63,674 nt of DNA, from positions 19,360,432 to 19,424,105 of the forward strand of contig NC_057749.1 in NCBI RefSeq assembly GCF_004010195.1, given 5' to 3'. The position numbers were made by a program, and so were the translations under genes. Within the stretch, counting starts at the first letter, position 1. Every line of letters begins with the position of its first letter. Source of the DNA: Chiloscyllium plagiosum (Eukaryota). Under the pieces are notes generated by a model. It searched no databases. It had not been told where the DNA came from and was given only the letters and a program-made list of their open reading frames with translations. Shown here piece by piece: positions 1 through 12,480 of the stretch.

Positions 1-84
1 GTTCCAGAACTGGGAGGACCTTTTGCTCATCACTGGAGTCTCAAGTTAATAAGAACATTATTGTTGTCTGTGTTGTACTTCCAG

Positions 85-189
85 GGAGACTATTCCTGAC
101 GGCTGCTGTGGGAACCAGTTTGTGTTGTTTGATGATGTTCCTTTATACTGGGATGCATGGGATGTCATGGATTATCATTTAGAGACAAG
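85..189 (+). CDS. MAN2C1: MAN2C1 internal coding exon (first in window): (R)[35 protein letters not shown]
   Basis: cttccag acceptor and AG|gtaatg donor; the translation carries the GH38 motif [25 protein letters not shown], as I recall it in human MAN2C1; phase 2 links to the next exon. Confidence 0.96.
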
Positions 190-467
190 GTAATGTCAGA
201 ATAATCCTTATAATGAATATTTAGGTTTTACATTTCTATGCTCTTGTAATGAGAGAGAAATCATTGTTATTAACCAAAACCTCCCAGGTTTCTGTGTGTA
301 CAGTTAGCTGCTGGGAGCAACAGCTGGAATGACAGGCAGGGCTTTATGTACGAACCAGTGAATGGTGAAGCTTAAACTGATTCTTTAAAACTCCTATTAG
401 AATCTTTCTTTTTTTTATCTTTTCTCCATAAATCATTGAATACATAGGTGTCGAACCTGTGCTGCAA

Positions 468-636
468 TTAGAACATAGAACATTACAGAGCAGTACAGGC
501 CCTTCGGCCCCTGATGTTGCACCGACCTTTGGAACCAATCTGAAGCCCATCTAACCTACACTATTCCTTTATAATCCATTTGTTTATCTAATGACCATTT
601 AAATGCCCTTAAAGTTGGCGAGTCTACTGCTGTTGT
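468..636 (-). mobile_element. CR1-type LINE 3' terminal fragment
   Basis: (tagaaca)n tail and ggcccttcggccc stem-loop typical of CR1/HER1 3' ends, also seen in other copies here. Confidence 0.75.
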
Positions 637-1144
637 AGTGGTTAATCGTTCACTGTACAGTCCATCTGAACAAATACCTCTTTGTATCTATCACATTAAA
701 AACCTTCCTTTTTTTGGTGCTGTAGCTGCCAAGATCTTCTGCAGTTTCCATCTTTTAAGGTTTGCTGATACCACTGCAGAATTCTTGGCTTTGCAGTAAA
801 GTTGAGCTCATATCGATGTTTGTTTGATGAAAAGGCAGGCCGGTGATTTGAGTCCCACTCCAGGACTTGTTGGCCCTGAAAGAAACAAGCCAGTGGTGCA
901 GGCAATCCAGAGTGTAATGGTGTCAGTCCCCAGCCCAGATAAATGAGGAGAGTGTGTGACAGCAAGGGCATCTGGATGTAAAACTACTTAGCATATCCAA
1001 AAGAAAATTGTGGTTTATCAGAAGGAGTGATCCATGAGTATTGTAATGAACCCATGTAACAGGATAGAAGCCAGACAGTGAGAGAAAGATATTTGTTGTA
1101 TAATGGGAGACTAAATTAATCTCATCTGGAAATCTGCTCATCAG

Positions 1145-1301
1145 GAAACCTGTGTCACAAGTTGTGAAATCCCTGGAGGTAGTCTGCCCTGGCGGAGTCA
1201 GGGGAAGTGTAAGATACTCTATCCGTATCAGTGACAGCAGCAAGATCCGCCAAGAGATCATACTGGATGCTTGCTGTCCCTATGTTAAGTTCAAAACAGA
1301 G
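1145..1301 (+). CDS. MAN2C1: MAN2C1 exon: KPVSQVVKSLEVVCPGGVRGSVRYSIRISDSSKIRQEIILDACCPYVKFKTE
   Basis: catcag acceptor and GAG|gtgagt donor; 157 nt keeps the frame; resembles human KPV...GGLRGS...QEVVLDVGCPYVRFHTE. Confidence 0.93.
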
Positions 1302-1388
1302 GTGAGTAGATTTTAGAAATGTCAATATTTTCAGCTTCAAATCACACACTTAATGACCATCTGGCTTTGCTGTGTTTCTCCTCTTCAG

Positions 1389-1532
1389 GTGGAATGGCAT
1401 GAAGCACACAAGTTTCTGAAAGTGGAGTTTCCCACAACAGTGCACAGTCTTAATGCCACGTATGAAATCCAGTTTGGACACCTGCAGCGACCGACACACA
1501 GGAACACTTCATGGGATTGGGCGCGCTTTGAG
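1389..1532 (+). CDS. MAN2C1: MAN2C1 exon: [48 protein letters not shown]
   Basis: ctcttcag acceptor and GAG|gtatgg donor; signature motifs HKFLKVEFP and [25 protein letters not shown]. Confidence 0.97.
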
Positions 1533-2396
1533 GTATGGATGACTTGGAATTGCACAACAGAACAGTCCGGCCAGTGTGAATATTGCATTGTTCAGCGCTT
1601 TTGGGGTTGAGTAAGTGCTTTGTAAGGAATAAGTGGCTTATTACATAAATTTAGTCTGGTACTGATCTGTTTTGCAGTGATGTCAGAAAGCACTTCTGCA
1701 CACACAGCATGGATGAAATCTGAACTTCCTTTTACCCAGAAAGTTGTTGATTCTGAGGTTCAACTGAAAGTTTAACAATTGAAACTGACAGTCCTTTTGT
1801 TAGTTAAGGGGATGAAGAGGCACAGGAGCAAAGAATGTGGACAGCAGTGTCTAATTGAATGGAATAGACTTAAGAGGCTGAATGATCTACCTTTTTCCCT
1901 ATGTTTAGACCAGGATGGTCAGATCCTGGTCAGGGATCTGTTCTGGATTTATTGTTCTTAGTCTTTCAATTTGTCTTCAAAATTGAGGCAGCTCCTTTGA
2001 CTGTTGAACACGAAGGTTGAGTGAAAGATATCATACTGCACGTACAAACAATTGTACATCTTTCAGATAATATTGCCTGCTTATGGCTTTTCGCTGTCAA
2101 AACAATTAAGGTGATAACTGAGATCAGAGGTGAGTAGCAGCACTGACCCAGAAGAAGTTAATGTTTTGTTTGCCAAAAGGTACAGGCCTAACTCAGCACC
2201 ATCTCCTGCTGATGTGCCCCAATCTGTTCAGGTTAGATCAAAACAAAGCTACAGCTGCCTCTGTATCTTCTGCAAACTGAACTGCTTGCTCTGTCAGCAG
2301 ATACTCTCACAAGTAAAACAATAGGACCTTTTAACCAAGGTTCTTCTTTGAATCATTATCTCCAGTGGTAATGTGGACAATATAGGTTAACTTTTA

Positions 2397-3083
2397 GAAT
2401 ATAATATACTTTATTGTCACATGTACTCAAGTAACATTGTTACAATGTTGCCTTTCATGGCGCCATTTTAGGTACAAAGTACCTAGGTACAAATCTTAGA
2501 TACAAAAAGAGGAATAAAAAAGAAAAGTTGCATTACCTTACGGTGATTCATGGTGTAAGTTAGAAATAAGACATAGTTAAAAGGATAAACAATACAGCCA
2601 GATAAACAATTACAGATAAACATTGCATTGCAGTAACTCAGCACAGGGGCTCCCACATGTCTGAACAGTCTCGCAAGCCACTGACCGCCTGTGCTGGTCT
2701 CCAGTCCAACAATTGTCCTCACTCCACATTATGCCTCCAGCCCATTCCACTCCACTCTGGCTCTCAGCTGCCCCATTCCTGGCCACAAGCTCTCACACTC
2801 TGACTCTCAGCCACTCCACCCCTCAGGCCCGCTCCGTTCTGTCTCCCCCAGCTGCTCCACACTGTTACAGTCCTCAGGCCGCTCTGCTCCCGCTCTCAGC
2901 CACTCTGCACCACTCCAGGTCTCCGATCTGCTCTGCTCTGGCTCTCAGCTACTCCAAGGTAAGTTTCTTATCAGAAAAAAATACTATAAAGTCTTAGAAA
3001 AAAAAGAGAGAAAGAAAAGTGGGCAAAAAAAACTATTGGTTGATGAGCCCAAAAGCTGCCGACGCCACCGCCATTTTGAAATC
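2397..3083 (-). mobile_element. Unclassified non-autonomous retroposon, 687 bp
   Basis: Perfect 10-bp direct repeat TTAACTTTTA at 2387-2396 and 3084-3093; on the minus strand it starts with caaaatggcgg and ends with gtgacaataaa plus a simple-repeat tail; no credible ORF. Confidence 0.6.
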
Positions 3084-4540
3084 TTAACTTTTAACTGTAA
3101 GTAACTTCAAGCTTGTTTAAAGTTGTCACTTGAGAGGCTTACCAATTTCTTAACCAGGTGTTCTCATTTAAAGTTAAAACTTTAAATGATATTCACAGTA
3201 ATAGTATGCAAGGTCAACTGCAATCAACAACTTATGCAGTAAACACACATGAAGATGATGGAATTCTAATTTTGGTTTGATAGTGTTCGGTATATATGGT
3301 GGTTGGAGTCCAGCATGTAGAACGCAGAGTATTTGAATTCTGGCTGTGTCTCTCAGTGTGGTCCTCACAAGTTGGCGGGTCCACATGATGTTCCACTCAT
3401 TATTGCAAGGCAAAAAAAACAAGAGCCACTGAGATTAGTCATCCAAAGGGAGAGCAGATTTTGTGTCCTGAGAAACACTGGGGCAGCTAATTGTACACTT
3501 GATGACTTTAAATTTAGTTTGATGATCTTAAATAGCCTGATATCATGGAAATCACCTAGATTATATGAATAGTTTAGGAGTAAGTGAATAAACTGAGGAT
3601 AGCATTCATTCCAATTAACTGCTTTACTGCTGCAAGTAGTAAACATCTGTGCTGCTGCTGTTGAGAAATAGCTCTGTGCCAATTGCCCAGGTTCGGCCAC
3701 AGCTAGTTAAGTGTAAGTTGTGTTCAGCTGCTGAAACTTTATTGCTGGAACAGCACAGCAGGTCAGGCAGCATCTAGGGAACATGTTCAGAGCTAGTGTT
3801 TACTGGTTGAAAATCAGTGACTCCACCGTTCTAATCGATTAGTCCACATTTAAGGAAAAGAGAGTAAGTTTTTGTCAGGGAAAATGTCTAAGTCAGGCCT
3901 GCAGAGTAGAAACTTTATTGTAATCAAACATGGTAATTCCAAAGTAACTGATAGGAACTGTTCAAGCAGAGACTATTTCACTGACTCAGGTTCATTCAAA
4001 AGTGGGGAGACAGATACATACCCATGGGATTTCTGTATGGAAAGCTAACAGGAGCCAGAAGACCAGTAAGGTGTCTGAAATTCTGCTTCAAAGATGTTTG
4101 CAAAGGTGAAGTCAGGGCCCTATATATCAGTTTTTCACATGAGCCAATAAGAGACAACAATGATGACCTCATCTCTGTACCCTCAGGATGGTCCATGGCT
4201 ACATCAGTTTGGCAACAGGAGCTAACTCTGAAAATAATAACCCATAAAGATGCCTGATAACTACCTCACATCGTGGAAGTTATTGTTCAAGTTCCCTATC
4301 CTGATGGATTTGCTACATGTCCATGATCTCCAGTAGCTGGTAGTACCTCAGTGTTTATCCTCATTTGTTTTGCATTATGAAACTGTCACATAACTTTCTC
4401 ATACCCTGCTGACCTGCCTTGCCCTCCACGTCAGCATTTACTCTTGCTCTCATGTTCTGTCCACTCTAGGGTCTAGCTGTCAAATATTGATGAAGGTACT
4501 TATAAAAATCTCACATCACAAGTGAGTGCAAAGTATACAT

Positions 4541-6655
4541 AGTCATAGAGATGTACAGCACAGAAACAGACTCTTCAGTCCAACTCATCCATGCTGACCA
4601 GTTATCCTAAACTAGGAGAAAGTGAAGACTGCAGATGCTGGAGATCAGAGTAAAGAGTGTGGTACTGTAAAAGCACAGCAGGTCAGGCAGCATCTAAGGA
4701 CCAGGAGATTCGATATTTCAGGCATATGCCCTTCATCAGGAACTCTTGACTCAGATATTATAACCTAATGTAGTCCCATTTGCCAGTACTTGGCCCATAT
4801 TGCTCTGAACCCTTCCTATTCAGATGCCTTTTAAATGTTGTAATTGTACCAGTCTCCACCACCTGTTCTGGCAGTTCATTCCATACATGCCCTTTGCGTG
4901 AAAAAGTTGCCCCTTAGGTTCCTTATAAATTTTTCCTCTCACCCTAAACCTATGCCCTCTAGTTCTGGACTCCACCATCCCAGGGAAAAGACCTTGTCTG
5001 TTTATCCAATCCATGCCCCTAATGATTTTATAAACCTCTATAATGTCACCCTTCAGCATCTGATGCTCCTGGGAAAACAGCCTCAGCCTATTCAGCCTCT
5101 CCCTGTAGCTCAAATCCTCCAACCCTTGTAAATCTTCCTGAATCCTTTCAAGTTTCACAACATCCTTCCCATAGGAGGGAGACCAGAACTGCACACAATA
5201 TTCCAAAAGTAGCCTAATCAATGTCTTGTACAGCCGCAACATGACCTCCCAAATCCTATATTCACTGCTCTGTCCAATAAAGGAAAGCATACTAAACACC
5301 TTCTTCACTATCCTGTCTACTTGCGACTCCACTTTCAAGAACTGTGAACCTGCACTCCAAGGTCCCTTTGTTCAGTAACACTCTCCAGGACCTTAATATT
5401 AAGTTTATAAGTCCTGCCCTGATTTACCTTTCCAAATGCAGTACCTCACATTTATCTAAATTAAATTCCATCTGCCACTCTTCAGCTCATTCACCCATTT
5501 GATCAAGATCTTGTATGCTGACGTATCCTTCTTTTCTGTCCACTACACCTCCAATTTTGGTGTCATCTGTAAACTTCCTAACTACACCTCCTATGTTCAC
5601 ATTCCAAATCATTTGTATAAATGACAAAAAAACGGTGGACTCAGCGCCAATCCTTGTAGCACTCCACTGGTCACAAGCCTCCAGTCTGAATAACAACCCT
5701 CCACCAGCACCCTCTGTCTTTTATCTTCAAGCCAGTTCTGTATCCAAATGGCTAACACTCTTTGTATTCCATGAGATCTAACCTTGCTAACCAGTCTACC
5801 ATGACGAACCTTGTCAAACGCCTTACTGAAGTCCATGTAGATCATGTCCACTGCTCTGACGTCTTCAGTCCTCTTTGTTGCTTCTTCAAAAAAACTCAAT
5901 CAAGTCAGTGAGACATGATTTCCCATGCACAAAGCTATGTTGACTATCCCTAATCAGTGCTTGTCTTTCCAAATGCATGTGAATCCTGTCCCTCAGGATT
6001 CCCTCCAACAACTTGCCCACCACCGATGTCTGGCTTACTGGTCTATAGTTCCCTGGCATGTCCTTACCACCTTTATGAAACACACCACAATAGTCAACCT
6101 CCAGTTTTCTGGCACCTCACCTGTGACTATCTATAATACTAATATCTCAGCAAGGGGCCCAGCAATCACTTCCCTGGCTTCCCACAGAGTTCTAGGATAC
6201 ATCTGATCAGGCCCTGGAGATTTATCCACTTTTATCCATTTTAAGACACTCAGCACCACCTCCTCTGTAATATGGACATTTTTCAAGATGTCACCATCTA
6301 TTTCCCCACATTCTATATCTTCTATGTCCTTTTCCACAGTAAGCACTGATGCAAAATACTCATTTAGTATCTCCCCCATCTCCTGTAGTTCCACACATAG
6401 GCCACCTTGCTGATCTTTCAGGGGCCCTATTCTCTCCCTAATTACCCTTTTGTCCTTAATGTATTTATAAAATCTCTTTGGACTCTCCTTAACCCTATTT
6501 GCCGAAGTTATCTCATGTCCCCTTTTTTTCCCTCCTGATTTCCCTCGTATGTATACTCCTACTGCCTTTATACTCTTCTAAGGATACACTCAATCTCTGC
6601 TATTGATACCTGACATATGGTTCCTTCTTTCTCTCAACCAAAACCTCAATTTCCC
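4541..6655 (-). mobile_element. 5'-truncated HER1/CR1 LINE (RT region and 3' end), frameshifted
   Basis: ORF fragments [46 protein letters not shown]; ctatgact tail. Confidence 0.92.
4612..4750 (-). mobile_element. Penelope-derived short element (family A) nested in the LINE 3' end
   Basis: Matches the Penelope 3' terminus at 18500-18635; carries CTGATGA-GGGC/GCCT-GAAATATC; flanked by a diverged duplication of the LINE sequence cagatatcctaaccta. Confidence 0.8.
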
Positions 6656-6743
6656 TCGACTCTAATCTTTTGCCCGAAACGTCAATTTTCCTGCTCCTCG
6701 GATGCTGCCTGACCTGTGCTTTTCCAGCACCACCCTCTTGACT
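6655..6743 (+). mobile_element. Penelope-derived family A fragment
   Basis: gcccgaaacgtc...ggatgctgcctgacctg...ttttccagca matches other copies. Confidence 0.75.
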
Positions 6744-7399
6744 TGAAGATCAGTGGTAAAGTATTAATTTCCCTGGTCAATATTCATCAATTAGCCACCC
6801 TACCAAATATATAGATGCTGTCATCATTTACCTCATTACTGTGTGCAAAATGGTTCGCATGTTTATTTAAAGAAAGAATGACATGCAGTAACTTGAAGCT
6901 TTTCGCAATCATCATACATTGCAGTGTAATCACTGGTGTTTTAAAACAAAGACTGTGCTCTGAAAACAATTCACTGGCTATGAAGAATTTAGAATCATCA
7001 TGAGGGTATGTGCAAAATAAATGCAAAATACTCCTTTGTTTATGATGCTCTAAGAGTATGGAGTTCATTTGCGTTTGTGTGGCCAATCCCACTGATATAG
7101 ACCTCAAGCAGAAACAAATAAATTTAACAGGATCACAAAAACAAATTGGTGAGTTGGTGTTATCTCGAGCTACAAATTAGCAAGCATTAGAGATACCTCA
7201 AAGTTGAAACAGGAGCCTGGCTGAATCTGTGGTCTCTTGCAAGGCTAGGAGTACCACATTTAATTAATCTCAGTGGCCCAGATCTAGGGAAGGAGAGAGA
7301 ATATTCACTTGTAAATTCTCGATAGAGATCTATCACATCAGATCATTGGAGAGACACAAAATTAGAAGACCATCAAAAAAAGGCAAACAAAGCACCATA

Positions 7400-8300
7400 A
7401 AAATAAAACTGAAAAGCAGAAAGTGATGTGAAATATGTAGAGAACCTTGGTACACCACACTTGGAGTACTGTGAATAGCTCTGATCTCCATCATACAAAA
7501 AGGCAATAAGCATCAAAGGAAGTGCAGAAAAGATTCATGACAATGACATAAGAATGCAGAGGATACACTTATCTGAAAAGGTGATACGAAACTTGCTGAG
7601 GTGATAAACAGTGAGGATGGTCTTAGATTACAAGAGGATATAGATGGGCTGCTCAGTGGCAAATGGAATTCAATCTGGATAAGAGTGAGGTGATGCTCTT
7701 GGGCAGGACAAACAAGGTGAGGAATCCATGATGAATGGTCGTACCCTGAGGATCAAAGGGAACAGGGTGTGCAGGTACACTGGTCCCTTAAGGTAGCAGG
7801 ACAGGGAGATAAAGTGGTTAAGAAGACAACAGAAACAGAAAGTGCTTGAAAAACCCAGCAGGTCTAGCAGCTTCTGTGGAGAGAAATCAGAATTAACCAT
7901 TCAGTCAATTTTAGTAATAAAGACAGGTTGGATAAGTGGGGTTGTTTTCCTTGGAACAGAGGAGATGGATTTGCGTAAGAATATGAGGGCACATTCAGGG
8001 CAGACAGGAAGGAACTCTTTCCCCTTGGTAGAGTGATCAATATGGGCATAACTGAAGATAAAGGACAGGAGGTTTCAAGGTGATGTGAGGAAAAGTAATT
8101 TCACTCAGCTGATGGTGGGAATCAGGAACGCATTGCCTGGAAAGGTGTGGAGGCAGAAACCTTCATAACATTTAAGTACTGCAGTATTTAGAAGTGCACT
8201 TGGTCAAAGGCTGGGAAATGGATTAGGATAGTTAGGTATGTGGTTTTGAACATTGCAGGCTGGGTGAGCTGAAGGGTCTTTTTCTGTGTCATAGCTCTCT
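7400..8300 (+). mobile_element. Old degenerate CR1 fragments with a family C Penelope-derived piece at about 7826-7905
   Basis: Decayed LEYC.Q.WSP and W.MEFN-like coding remnants; CR1 3' stem-loop at about 8270. Confidence 0.6.
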
Positions 8301-8520
8301 ACGAGGCAGCAATGGATGATATCCCCAGGTTTGGGCTGACAAGTGACAAGCCCTCATTCACGCCACACGTGTGCCAGGCCATGATCGTCTCTGACAAGAC
8401 AGAATCTGTCACCCTGCGCCATCCAATGGCGATGATTATTGGTGATCATTGAACCCGCCGCACAGTGGGAGCATGCTGGGCCCATAATCCAATAGATCAA
8501 AACCATCTTCTCCTATTTTG

Positions 8521-8742
8521 TTTGCACATTCTCCCAGTGTCTGTGTGGGTTTCCGCCAGGTGCTCTGGTTTCCTTCCACAGTCCAAAGATGAGCAGGTTA
8601 GGTTGTTTGGACATGCTAAATTACCTACAGCATTTACAGGGATGTGTGGTTAGGTGAATTAGCCATGGGAAATGCAAGATAGCAGGATTAGGGTATAGAG
8701 ATGGGTCTGGATGGGATGCTCCTTAGGGGGTCAGTGTGGACT
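8521..8742 (+). mobile_element. 5'-truncated HE1-like V-SINE
   Basis: V-domain tttgcacattctcc...gtgggtttcc...cacagtccaaaga shared with full copies. Confidence 0.75.
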
Positions 8743-8744
8743 TA

Positions 8745-11110
8745 TAGAACAAGAAGAAAATTTACAGCCCAGAAACAGGCCCTTCAGCCCTCCAAACATG
8801 TGCTGATCCAAATCCACTGTCTAAACCTATTGCCCAATTCCTAAGCATCTGTATCTCTCTGCTCCCCACCTACTCATGCATCTGTCCAGACGCACCTTAA
8901 GTGAACCTACTGTGCCTATCTCTACTACCTCTGCTGGCAATGCGTTTGGAACTGAAAGGGGTTGGAAAATGCTGGTTTTTATGCTGAAGACAGAGTGGGG
9001 AGTAAAAGTGAGGGTGATTCCTAATCCACAGTTATTCCAGACACACATCTGTAACATCTAAACCTAAATAGTTAGAAGCACCTCAGCCTGAACTCCCACA
9101 AACTATAGAATGGCTTCAGCACAGAAGGAGCCTGTTCTAATGGAACCACATCTATTCTTAGATTCCACGTTAAGTTTATTATTATATTAATCTGTTATAA
9201 ATGATGATTGTTTTTGAAAGGGACAGAGAGACATGCTTCATCTGGAACCCTACAAGAGGTTTCTGATCACAAATCATACAGTACAGAAAAGGCCCTTCGC
9301 CCCATTAAATCTGTACCATCAAGAATATATTATCACTTACACTAGAGTCATTGAGCTGTACAGCATGGGACCAGACCCTTTGGTGTCCAGAACTAGAGGG
9401 CATAGGTTTAAGGTGAGTGGGGAAGGGGATCTAAGGGGCAACTTTTTCACACAGAGGGTGGTGAATGAGCTGCCAGAATAAGTGGTGGAAGCTGCTACAA
9501 TTACGACATTTCAAAGAGGGTGACACCTACCACCCTCTGTGTAAAGTACTTTCCATGCATGTGCCCCTTAAACTTTTTGCCTCTCACCTTGAACGCGTGA
9601 TCTCTTGTTATTGAATCCCTCACCTTGGGAAAAAGCTTATCTCTATCTATCCTGTCTATACCCTTTTTTTCTAATAAAAACAGTCCTAATCTACTCAACC
9701 CTCTCGTCATAGCTAGCACCTTCCATACAAGGCAACATCCTCGTAAACCTTCTCTGCACCCTCTCCAAAGCGTCCACATCCTTTTGGTAATGTGGTGACC
9801 AGAACTGTACACAGTATTCTAAATTCGGCTGAACCAAAGTCTTGTACAATTTTAACATGACCTGCCAGCTCTTATACTCAATATCCTGCCTGATGAAGGC
9901 AAGCATACCATATGACTTCTTGACCACTCTATCTACCTGTGCAGCCACCTTCAGGGTACAATGGACCTGAACTCCCAGATCTCTCTGCCCATCAACTTTT
10001 CCCAAGGTTCTTCTGTTTACAGTCTAGTTCACTCCAGACTTAGACTTCCCAAAATGCAACCTCACATTTGCCTGGATTGAACTCTATCTGCCACTTCTCC
10101 GCCCAACTCTCCAGTCTATCTGTATTCTCCTGTATTCTTTGACAGTCCCTTATGCTTTCTTCTCCTCCACCAATCTTCGTGTCATCTGCAAACTTACTGA
10201 TCAGACCAACAGTGCCCTCTTCCAGATCATGTATGTATATCACAAACAACAGGGGCCCCAGCACTGACCCCTGTGGAACACCACTGGTCACCTCTCTCCA
10301 TTTTGAGAAACTCCCTTCAATTACTACTCTCTATCTCCTGTTGCTCAACCAGTTCTTTATCCACTTAGCTGCACACCATGTGACTTCACTTTTTCCATTA
10401 GTTTTCCATGGGGAACCTTATTAAATGCCTTACTAAAGTCCATGTATGTAACATCCACAGCCCTTCCTTCACATATCAACTTGGTCACTTAGATTCACAG
10501 AGTCATAGAGATGTACAGACCATTCGGTCCAACCCTTCCACGCCGACCAGATATCCCAACCCAATCTAGTCCCACCTGCCAGCACGCGGCCCATATCCCT
10601 CCAAACCCTTCCTATTCATATACCCATCCAAATATCTTTTAAATGTTGCAATTGTACCAGTCTCCACCACTTCCTCTGGCAGCTCATTCCATGCATGTAC
10701 CACCCTCTGCATGAAAAAGTTGCCCCTTAAGTCTCTTTTATATCTTTCCCCTCTCACCCTCAGTCTATGCCCTCTAGTTCTGGACTCCCCGACCCCAGGG
10801 AAAGACTTTGTCTATTTATCCTCTCCATGTCCCTCATTATTTTGTAAACCTCTATAAGGTCACCCCTCTGCCTCCGACGCTCCAGGGAAAACAGTCCCAG
10901 CCTGTTCAGCCTCTCCTTATAGCTCAAATCCTCTAACCCTGGCAACATCTTTGTAAATCTTTTCTGAACCCTGGTAAGGCATGATCACCCTTGCACAAAA
11001 CCATGTTGCCTATCACTGATAAGCCCATTCGTTTTCCCAAATATAAATAGATTTTATTCCTCAGTACCTTCTCCAGCAACTTTTCCACCATTGACTTGGG
11101 CTAAATGGCC
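8745..11110 (-). mobile_element. Cluster of CR1 fragments, mostly minus: 3' end 8745-8945, RT 9520-10490 and 10973-11110, younger HER1 3' end nested at about 10495-10972
   Basis: ORFs [22 protein letters not shown] and [10 protein letters not shown]; nested 3' tail agtcatagag. Confidence 0.85.
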
Positions 11111-11486
11111 TGTTGCCACACTGTCGGGATTCCATGGACTCCATGGCTAGGGCTTGTCTATTGAGAAAAGAGCAGACGAGAGAGATGAAGGGTAGATATG
11201 GAAAGGATGTTTCCACTTGTGATCAAGAATTAGAGATCACAAATGTAAAACTGCTGACAATAAATCAAATAGGAAATTCCAAAGAAGCTTATTTACCCAA
11301 TGAAGAGAATGTGTTTGAGGTGAGCAGCATAGATGCATTTAAGGAGAAGTTAGTTAAGCACAGAGGAAGGCTGGAATAGGGAAATACATTAATGTAGTTG
11401 GGTAAAGACATGGAAAGAGGACAGCATCAATACTGGTCTGAACCAGTGGAGCTGAATGGCCTGTTTCTGTGCTATAAATAACTCCT

Positions 11487-11931
11487 CCATCGCCAGACCA
11501 CAACAAAACGACGGTTGGAGGAAGAGCGCCTCATCTTCCGCCTAGGAACCCTCCAACCACAAGGGATGAACTCGGATTTCACCAGTTTCCTCATTTTCCC
11601 TCCCCCCACCTTGTCTCAGTCAAATCCATCGAACTCAGCACTGCCTTCCTAACCTGCAATCTTCTTCCTGATCTCTCCGCCCCTACCCCAGTCTGACCTA
11701 TCACCCTCACCTTAACCTCTTTCCACCTATCACATTTCCGACGCCCCTCCCCCAAGTCCCTCCTCCCTACCTTTTATCTTAGCCTGCTGGACAAACTTTC
11801 CTCATTCCTGAAGAAGGGTTTATGCCCGAAACGTCGATTCTCCTGTTCCCTGGATGCTGCCTGACCTGCTGCGCTTTTCCAGCAACACATTTTCAGCTCT
11901 GATCTCTAGCATCTGCAGACCTCACTTTCTC
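11487..11931 (+). mobile_element. 5'-truncated Penelope element 3' end with hammerhead-like core at 11808-11835
   Basis: Encodes the RRLEEERLIFRLGTLQPQGMN C-terminus; perfect 15-bp TSD CTATAAATAACTCCT at 11472-11486 and 11932-11946. Confidence 0.9.
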
Positions 11932-11971
11932 CTATAAATAACTCCTACCAAAGGTAAGCATTTAAAATGTA

Positions 11972-12172
11972 AAGATAAAGTTACCATCGTCCTACTGGAC
12001 CATCAGGGGCTGCTTTCTCATTAGAGAGAGAAGACTGTTGGTGGATTAACCTGAGGGCCACCATGCCTCAGGCACAGGGACAGGTTGATAACCTCAGCTG
12101 GCTTGGCAATTGAACCCACACCGTTAACATCACTTTGAGTCACAAACCAGCCATCCAGCTAAATGAGCTAAC
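11972..12172 (-). mobile_element. tRNA-derived SINE distinct from HE1
   Basis: Minus strand starts ggttagctcatttagctgg (A box) with ggttcaattgcc (B box) and ends in ggtaactttatcttt. Confidence 0.6.
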
Positions 12173-12480
12173 CACAGGAGGAGTGTGAGAGAACATGGAG
12201 GAAAGCTAATGTTGGTACCATTATTCAAGAAGGCTGGTAGGGATAAACTAGGAAACTACAGGCCAATCAGTCATAGGGAAAATATTAGAAAAACTTCTGA
12301 GGAGCAGATTCATCTCCGTTTGGAGGAGCAACAATTAATCAAGGATAGTCATCACATGGGGAGATCATAATCTAACAAATGTGATTGACTTTTTCAATGA
12401 GGTGACTAGGCCTGTTGATAAAGATAATGCAGTTGATGTGGTCTAATTGGTAAGGTTTGTGCATGTCAGACTGGTTAAGA

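Noticed and set aside
2691..3104. 137-aa Ser/Pro/His-rich ORF
   Set aside because: Low-complexity reading of the non-coding retroposon, with no recognisable domain or splice context.
4470..4521. Cryptic exon after a strong polypyrimidine tract
   Set aside because: Early stop, ambiguous donors and no homology; expected by chance in a long intron.
9201..9266. Possible box C/D snoRNA (ATGATGA...CTGA)
   Set aside because: No terminal stem, no clear C'/D' boxes and no recognisable rRNA antisense element.
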